64,000 nucleotides of DNA from Candidatus Aceula meridiana (lineage in GTDB: Bacteria > Omnitrophota > Gorgyraeia > Zapsychrales > Aceulaceae): NCBI GenBank assembly GCA_030765185.1, contig JAVCDE010000026.1:108007-172006 (forward strand), given 5' to 3'. Shown piece after piece: positions 57,896 through 64,000 of the stretch (positions are counted from its first letter, which is position 1; each line of letters opens with the position of its first letter). Made by a program: the position numbers and the translations under genes. The notes beneath the pieces are model-generated. The model was not told the origin of the DNA, made no database searches, and worked only from the letters and a program-made list of their open reading frames with translations.

Positions 57896-59188
57896 ATGAT
57901 AGAACGTTATACCTTATCCAAAATGGGCAATGTCTGGTCAGAAAAACGAAAATTAGACATCATGCTTAAAATCGAAATTTTAGCTTGTGAGGCGATGTGC
58001 AAGCTAAAACTTATTCCAAAAAAATCCCTTGAAAATATTAAGAAAAAAGCTAAATACGACTTGGACGAAGTCAAGCGTATCGAAGAAAAAACCAAGCATG
58101 ATGTGGTGGCTTTTATTGTTAATGTTGGACAGGCGATCGGCCCTGATGCACGGTATTTGCACATGGGACTAACGTCTTCTGACCTTCTAGACACTTCGCT
58201 TTCTGTTCAGTGCGTTGAAGCTTGCGACCTTCTTTTAGCGGATGTTGAGAGATTTCTAAAAGTGTTAAAAAAGCAAGCAAAGAAGTATAAGGATACAGTC
58301 TGCGTTGCTCGTTCTCACGGTGTCCATGCCGAGCCAACTACTTTTGGATTAAAGCTAGCTGTTTGGTATGACGAGATGAGGCGCCATCAGGAGAGATTGG
58401 CCCAGGCACGCGAAATGATGCGTGTTGGAAAGCTTTCTGGAGCAGTTGGAACATATGCCAATGTCGACCCGTCTGTCGAAGAGCACGTTTGCGAAAAGCT
58501 AGGGCTAAAGCCAGCTAACGTTGCGACACAGATTATCCAAAGAGATATCCACTCGCAATTTATTAATTGCCTAGCTTCGATAGGTTCTTCTTTAGATAAA
58601 TTTGCGACAGAAATTCGTCATTTACAAAAAACTGAAATTCTAGAAGTTGAAGAACCTTTTTTTAAGGGCCAAATCGGATCATCCGCTATGCCACATAAGC
58701 GTAACCCGGTTACCTGCGAACGTGTTTCAGGCTTAGCGCGCCTTATCCGAGGCAATGCTTTTGCAGCTTTTGAGAATATTAACCTTTGGCACGAACGTGA
58801 TATTAGCCATTCATCAGTTGAACGTGTCATTTTGCCGGATAGTACTCTTGCGCTTCATTACATGTTTCATAAGTTTATTCCGGTTGTCGAGGGACTTTTA
58901 GTTTATCCAAAGAATATGATTCTTAATCTGACCAAAACCCGCGGCCTTATTTATTCACAGCGCATTTTACTTGAGCTGATGAAAAAAGGTCTGACACGCG
59001 ACGACGCTTATTCAATTATTCAGCGTTGTGCGATGCAGGTTTGGCAAGAGACGACAGATTTTAAAGATGTCTTAAAGCGTGACCGAAAGCTGCGCAAGCA
59101 TATGGGCCCAAGCGCAATTGATGCATGCTTTGATATTAAGTATTATATCCGCCATCGCGATAAGATTTTTAAGCGCGTCGGACTTTAA
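57896..59188 (+). CDS. purB: Adenylosuccinate lyase
   Basis: MIERY, HDVVAF, HMGLTSSD, RSHGVHAEPTTFG, GSSAMPHKRNP; ATG 57896 follows AAGGAG. Confidence 0.97.
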   Translation: MIERYTLSKMGNVWSEKRKLDIMLKIEILACEAMCKLKLIPKKSLENIKKKAKYDLDEVKRIEEKTKHDVVAFIVNVGQAIGPDARYLHMGLTSSDLLDTSLSVQCVEACDLLLADVERFLKVLKKQAKKYKDTVCVARSHGVHAEPTTFGLKLAVWYDEMRRHQERLAQAREMMRVGKLSGAVGTYANVDPSVEEHVCEKLGLKPANVATQIIQRDIHSQFINCLASIGSSLDKFATEIRHLQKTEILEVEEPFFKGQIGSSAMPHKRNPVTCERVSGLARLIRGNAFAAFENINLWHERDISHSSVERVILPDSTLALHYMFHKFIPVVEGLLVYPKNMILNLTKTRGLIYSQRILLELMKKGLTRDDAYSIIQRCAMQVWQETTDFKDVLKRDRKLRKHMGPSAIDACFDIKYYIRHRDKIFKRVGL

Positions 59189-59217
59189 TTAATAAAATTA
59201 TTTAGGAGGCGCATTTC

Positions 59218-59922
59218 ATGGAAAAAGGTAAACAGATTTATGAAGGCAAAGCTAAGATACTTTATGAAACTGACTCTCCGGATTATTTAATCCAATATTT
59301 CAAAGATGATGCAACAGCATTTAATGCTAAAAAACGAGGGACTATTCAAGATAAAGGTATTTTTAATAATAAAATCTCAACAAAGATTTTTGAATATCTC
59401 GAAGCAGAAGGTATTCCAACACATTATGAGAAGACTTTAAATGATCGAGAAATGCTAGTTAAAAGAGTTGAGATTGTCCCCATCGAGGTTATTATCCGAA
59501 ATGTTGCTGCTGGTTCTTTGTGCAGACTTTTAAAGCTTGAAGAGGGATTAAAGCTCAGTGAGCCGATTTTAGATTTTTGCTATAAGAAAGACGAGCTTGA
59601 TGATCCTTTAGTTAGCGAGTATCATGTCCGTGCTTTAGGCTGGGCCACAGATGAAGAAATTCAAGAGATTAAAAAATATACGTTTAAAGTTAACGAATTG
59701 ATGACAAAATTCTTTTTGGCGGTCAATCTTGATTTGATTGATTTTAAACTTGAGTTTGGCCGTTTTAAAGGAAAAATCATTTTGGCTGATGAAATGTCTC
59801 CTGATACTTGCCGCCTTTGGGAAGTGGGAACAGGCAAAAAAATGGACAAGGATCGTTTCCGTCGTGATATGGGGAACGTTGAAGAAGCCTACCAGGAAGT
59901 TTTAAGCCGCGTAAGCAAATAA
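59218..59922 (+). CDS. purC: SAICAR synthase
   Basis: YEGKAK, FKDDATAFN, DFKLEFG, LADEMSPDTCRLW, DKDRFR. Confidence 0.97.
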   Translation: MEKGKQIYEGKAKILYETDSPDYLIQYFKDDATAFNAKKRGTIQDKGIFNNKISTKIFEYLEAEGIPTHYEKTLNDREMLVKRVEIVPIEVIIRNVAAGSLCRLLKLEEGLKLSEPILDFCYKKDELDDPLVSEYHVRALGWATDEEIQEIKKYTFKVNELMTKFFLAVNLDLIDFKLEFGRFKGKIILADEMSPDTCRLWEVGTGKKMDKDRFRRDMGNVEEAYQEVLSRVSK

Positions 59923-59971
59923 GTTTTTTGAGTCTTAGAAGCACTTTTTACAACAAAAAACACCACATACT

Positions 59972-62872
59972 ATGATCTGGCGTGTTGAGATAAAAGATAA
60001 AGAAAGTGTTTTTGACGCTGCCGGGGAGTCTATCTTAAAAGATATTGAAGATTTAGGCATCCGGTCAGTGGAGAATGTTAATGTCGAGCAGATTTTTCTT
60101 ATCAACAGCCAGGCTAGCGCAGCACAAATTCAAAAAATTTGCAAACAGCTTTTAGTCGATCCGATTGTTCAGGATTATACTTGTTCTCAAAAAGCTGCTC
60201 CTACTCGCGTAAAATCCAAAAACATTAAAGTCATTGAAATCGCTTACAATCCGGGCGTCATGGACCCTGTTGAAGAATCAACGCTAAAGGGCATCCGTGA
60301 TTTAGGGATAGCTAATGTCACCTCTGTGCGCACTGCCAAGAAATATCTTTTACATGGCAAGCCAACGCCTAAAGAACTTAATATCATTGTTAGCCGTGTT
60401 CTCTCCAACAAACTTATACAGCATGTTGTTCAACCAGATGCTAAGAAAGCAAAAAAAGTTTCTTCATCTAAGAAAAAGGAAAAAGTACAAGTGCATCTTG
60501 TCGAGCTCTTAAGCGCAAGCGATAGAGAGTTGATTCGGTTAAGCGGAGAAGGACAGCTTTTTTTAAACTTTAACGAGATGAAGGCTATCCAAAAGCATTT
60601 TACGAAACTTGGACGAAATCCTACGGATTGCGAACTTGAAACTATTGCTCAGACTTGGAGCGAGCATTGCAACCATAAAACTTTTCGCGGTAATATTGAA
60701 TATGTGACAGAGGAAAAAGGGAAGACAAAAACTCAACATATTAAGAACCTTTTAAAAACAACGATTGTGAAAGCAACCGAAGAGATTAATGCCCCGTGGT
60801 GCGTTTCGGTTTTTCATGATAATTCAGGTGTTATCAAATTTGATAACGAAGATAATATTTGTTTTAAAGTTGAAACTCATAATCATCCGTCGGCATTAGA
60901 ACCGTTTGGTGGTGCTAATACCGGTATCGGCGGTGTTATTCGTGATGCTTTAGGAACAGGCCTAGGGGCTAAGCCTATTGCCAACACAGATGTTTTTTGT
61001 TTTGCTCCTCCGCATTTATCATTTAAAGATTTACCGGAAGGGACACTGCACCCTAAGCGTGTCATGAAAGGTGTTGTCAACGGCGTGCGGGATTATGGGA
61101 ACAAGATGGGAATCCCAACTGTTAATGGAGCCATTATCTTTGATAAAGGTTTTGTGGGCAACCCACTTGTTTATTGCGGAACCGTAGGCATCATGCCAAA
61201 AGACAAGGTAAAGAAAAAAGCGAATAAAGGCGACTTGATTGTAGCTTTAGGCGGACGTACAGGTAGAGACGGAATTCATGGCGCAACATTTTCTTCGGGA
61301 GAACTTACTGAAGAATCTGAAACGGTTTCTTCGGGAGCGGTACAGATTGGGAATCCTATTCAGGAGAAAAAAGTTTTGGATGTTATCTTGCAGGCGCGTG
61401 ATGCAGGTCTTTATACTTCGATTACTGATTGCGGTGCAGGTGGATTTTCATCGGCGGCAGGCGAGATGGGTGCTGAAATTGGATGCCGTGTTTATTTAGA
61501 AAAAACTCCTGTTAAGTACGATGGCCTAAGCTACGAAGAAATTTGGATTTCTGAATCACAAGAACGCATGGTCGTCTCGGTGCCGAAGAAGAATCTTAAA
61601 AAGCTTTTAGCGATTTTTGAAAATGAGAATGTTGAGGCCACTGTTATCGGCGAGTTTACTTCGACCAAGCGGTTAGAATTGTTTTATAAGGATGTTCAAG
61701 TTTGTGATTTAGAAATGGCATTCTTACACGACGGTGTTCCTAAGATTACGAAAAAAGCGCATTGGAGTGTTGCAAAAGAAAAACCATTAACGCTCGCATG
61801 TCCAAAGAGTCTTACAGATAGATTGAAGAGCACGCTATCTCACTATAATGTTTGCTCTAAAGAAAATGTTATCCGTCGCTATGATCATGAAGTGCAGGGA
61901 TCAAGCGTTGTGAAGCCTTTAGTTGGTCCAAGCTGTGATGGGCCGTCTGATGCAAGCGTTATTAAGCCGAAATTTAATTCAAAAAAGGGCGTGGCAATTT
62001 CTAATGGCATTAATATTCGCTTTGGAATGATTGATCCTTATTGGATGGCGGCTTCTTGCATTGACGAGGCTATTCGCCAGATTATTTCTGTTGGCGGGAA
62101 ATTAAATCATATCGCAATTTTAGATAATTTTTGTTGGGGCAATCCGGATAAGCCAGACCGCTTAGGAAGCCTGGTAAGATGTGCTCAAGGCTGCTATGAC
62201 ACGGCCGTTGGTTTTAAGACTCCGTTTATTTCAGGAAAAGATAGTTTTTATAATGAATATGCAGAGAAGGGACGAACACATTCTATTCCCGGAACGATAT
62301 TGATTTCAGCGTTTGGTGTAGTCGATGATATTAAAAAATGTGTCACTATGGATTTTAAGCAGGAAGGTAATTTGATTTATGTTATTGGTGAAACTTTTGA
62401 TGAGCTGGGTGGTTCGGTTTATCTTGATGTTCTAGGAAAGCTTGGAAGCCAAGTTCCTAAAGTTGATATTAAAAAAGCTATGAAGAAATTTTCTGCCCTC
62501 GAGGGTGCAATTGCGAAAAAAATTGTAAAATCTTCCCATGATTGCTCTGAGGGCGGGTTGGCTGTGGCTGTTGCCGAGATGGCTTTTGGCGGAGGCCTAG
62601 GTGCAGCTGTCTCTCTTAAGAAGGTTCCATTCATTGGAAAAAAGCGAAATGATAAGATTCTTTTTTCAGAATCGAATTCACGTTTTATCGTCGAAGTTGA
62701 ACCAGCCAACCAGAAAAAGTTTGAGCAGGCTTTAAAGGGAGTTTGCTTTAGTGTTATTGGCCGCGTAAAACCAGAAAAGGAATTAACGGTTTATGGCCTT
62801 GATGAGAAGCTATGCATTAAAGAGAGTATTCAATCTTTAAAAGAAAGCTGGAAACAAACATTAAGGTGGTAA
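59972..62872 (+). CDS. purL: FGAM synthase subunit PurL with N-terminal tandem PurS-like domains
   Basis: QTWSEHCNHKTF, KVETHNHPSALEP, GRDGIHGATF, DCGAGG, SESQERM, SGKDS. Confidence 0.96.
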   Translation: MIWRVEIKDKESVFDAAGESILKDIEDLGIRSVENVNVEQIFLINSQASAAQIQKICKQLLVDPIVQDYTCSQKAAPTRVKSKNIKVIEIAYNPGVMDPVEESTLKGIRDLGIANVTSVRTAKKYLLHGKPTPKELNIIVSRVLSNKLIQHVVQPDAKKAKKVSSSKKKEKVQVHLVELLSASDRELIRLSGEGQLFLNFNEMKAIQKHFTKLGRNPTDCELETIAQTWSEHCNHKTFRGNIEYVTEEKGKTKTQHIKNLLKTTIVKATEEINAPWCVSVFHDNSGVIKFDNEDNICFKVETHNHPSALEPFGGANTGIGGVIRDALGTGLGAKPIANTDVFCFAPPHLSFKDLPEGTLHPKRVMKGVVNGVRDYGNKMGIPTVNGAIIFDKGFVGNPLVYCGTVGIMPKDKVKKKANKGDLIVALGGRTGRDGIHGATFSSGELTEESETVSSGAVQIGNPIQEKKVLDVILQARDAGLYTSITDCGAGGFSSAAGEMGAEIGCRVYLEKTPVKYDGLSYEEIWISESQERMVVSVPKKNLKKLLAIFENENVEATVIGEFTSTKRLELFYKDVQVCDLEMAFLHDGVPKITKKAHWSVAKEKPLTLACPKSLTDRLKSTLSHYNVCSKENVIRRYDHEVQGSSVVKPLVGPSCDGPSDASVIKPKFNSKKGVAISNGINIRFGMIDPYWMAASCIDEAIRQIISVGGKLNHIAILDNFCWGNPDKPDRLGSLVRCAQGCYDTAVGFKTPFISGKDSFYNEYAEKGRTHSIPGTILISAFGVVDDIKKCVTMDFKQEGNLIYVIGETFDELGGSVYLDVLGKLGSQVPKVDIKKAMKKFSALEGAIAKKIVKSSHDCSEGGLAVAVAEMAFGGGLGAAVSLKKVPFIGKKRNDKILFSESNSRFIVEVEPANQKKFEQALKGVCFSVIGRVKPEKELTVYGLDEKLCIKESIQSLKESWKQTLRW

Positions 62873-62875
62873 GAA

Positions 62876-63559
62876 ATGAAAAATAGAAGAAGCGTAAAAA
62901 CAGATTTAACTACTATGGAAGACCCGTGGCGCGTATTTCGTATCATGTCGGAATTTGTTGATGGGTTCGACATGCTTTCTCGCGTCGGGGATGCGGTAAC
63001 TATTTTCGGGTCAGCTCGCTTACCTAAGACAAGTAAGGCATATAAGCTGGCTGAAAAAACTGCACGTCTTTTAGGTAAAGAAGGCTACACCGTTATTACA
63101 GGTGGCGGTCCGGGAATTATGGAAGCTGCTAACAAAGGGGCAAAAGAGTCCGGCACAGAATCTGTTGGCCTTAATATTGAGCTTCCGTTTGAGCAAGTTC
63201 CTAATCGCTTCATTACACTTTTAATTGATTTTCATTATTTTTTCTGCCGCAAGTTTATGTTTTTAAAATATGCTAAGGCCTTTGTTATTTTTCCAGGAGG
63301 GTTTGGAACTCTGGATGAATTTTTTGAAAGTGTTACTCTTATCCAAACGAAACGTATGCCTGGATTTCCAGTTATTTTAGTTGGGAGCGAGTTTTGGTCC
63401 GGCATGATGGATTGGCTCAAAAAAACAATGCTTAAGCAAAAATGTATTAGCCAAAGTGACTTTGATATTTTTTGCATTGTTGATAAGCCTGAAGATGTTT
63501 TAAAAGCAATCCAAAAGTTTTACGGAAAAAAGAAGAAAGAAAATGGCAAAAAACGTTAA
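62876..63559 (+). CDS. LOG family (TIGR00730) nucleotide phosphoribohydrolase
   Basis: VTIFGSAR, TGGGPGIMEAAN, PGGFGTLDE. Confidence 0.92.
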   Translation: MKNRRSVKTDLTTMEDPWRVFRIMSEFVDGFDMLSRVGDAVTIFGSARLPKTSKAYKLAEKTARLLGKEGYTVITGGGPGIMEAANKGAKESGTESVGLNIELPFEQVPNRFITLLIDFHYFFCRKFMFLKYAKAFVIFPGGFGTLDEFFESVTLIQTKRMPGFPVILVGSEFWSGMMDWLKKTMLKQKCISQSDFDIFCIVDKPEDVLKAIQKFYGKKKKENGKKR

Positions 63560-64000
63560 GGCAATTGTCTTAAGAACAGCAGGAACTAACTGCGACCAGG
63601 AAACAGCCTTTGCCCTTAAAGATTCTGGGGCGCAAGTTGACGTGGTTCACATAGGCCAAGTTTTCTCGAGAGAGAAAAAGTTAAAAGATTACCATATTTT
63701 GGCGATTCCAGGCGGGTTTTCCTACGGTGATGATATTGCCGCAGGGCGCATCTTGGCTAATGAGCTTCGTTTGAAACTTGGAAAAGATCTTAAAAAGTTT
63801 ATTGATGATGGAAAATTAATTATCGGTATTTGCAATGGGTTTCAAATTTTGGTTAAAGCTGGGCTTTTGCCTGGTGTTAACGGGAAAACAAAGAGTTCTT
63901 CTGTTCAGCAAGCAACGCTGATGACTAATGATTCTGCTAAATTTGAAGATAGGTGGACTCATTTAAAAGTAAGCGGAGATTGTATTTGGACTAAAGATAT
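63543..64000 (+). CDS. purQ: FGAM synthase glutaminase subunit PurQ (runs off the window edge)
   Basis: MAKNVKAIVLRTAGTNCDQET, IPGGFSYGDD, GICNGFQILVK; not in the ORF track because it is truncated. Confidence 0.95.
   Translation, partial: MAKNVKAIVLRTAGTNCDQETAFALKDSGAQVDVVHIGQVFSREKKLKDYHILAIPGGFSYGDDIAAGRILANELRLKLGKDLKKFIDDGKLIIGICNGFQILVKAGLLPGVNGKTKSSSVQQATLMTNDSAKFEDRWTHLKVSGDCIWTKD

Overview
AT-rich bacterial chromosome segment, probably from a PVC-superphylum organism such as Candidatus Omnitrophota (inferred from gene content, not verified). From left to right: (1) 1-10.6 kb holds the end of a fatty-acid/type II PKS-like cluster, two exported redox proteins and several 1-2 gene islets. 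The islets are separated by four copies of a tRNA-3'-end-like att motif whose minus strand reads like a recombinase C-terminal tail; most copies are followed by a terminator-like hairpin. (2) 10.6-22.4 kb holds housekeeping genes (SPOR protein, RNA methyltransferases, DUF1846, carB without carA, an atypical purF). (3) 22.6-30.2 kb is one apparent operon joining an RsbW/STAS/PP2C partner-switching module to MlaEFD, a FecR-domain protein, an outer-membrane beta-barrel, a CHASE2 sensor and a TPR-K+ channel. (4) A 1149-aa exported modular protein carries GNAT-like cargo. (5) 34-51 kb is a surface-glycan locus with a polyprenyl-phosphate phosphoribosyltransferase, three GT-C enzymes, Wzm/Wzt, three paralogous Pol-beta-type nucleotidyltransferase domains and a membrane-anchored RluA-type pseudouridine synthase; this is the best candidate for an undescribed system. 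(6) The remainder contains an unannotated 37-aa Lys-rich histone-like peptide, hemW, a polyprenyl synthase and purB-purC-purL-LOG-purQ. No rRNA, complete tRNA, CRISPR array or intact transposase/integrase was seen. All functional calls come from motif recognition by eye; no searches were run.
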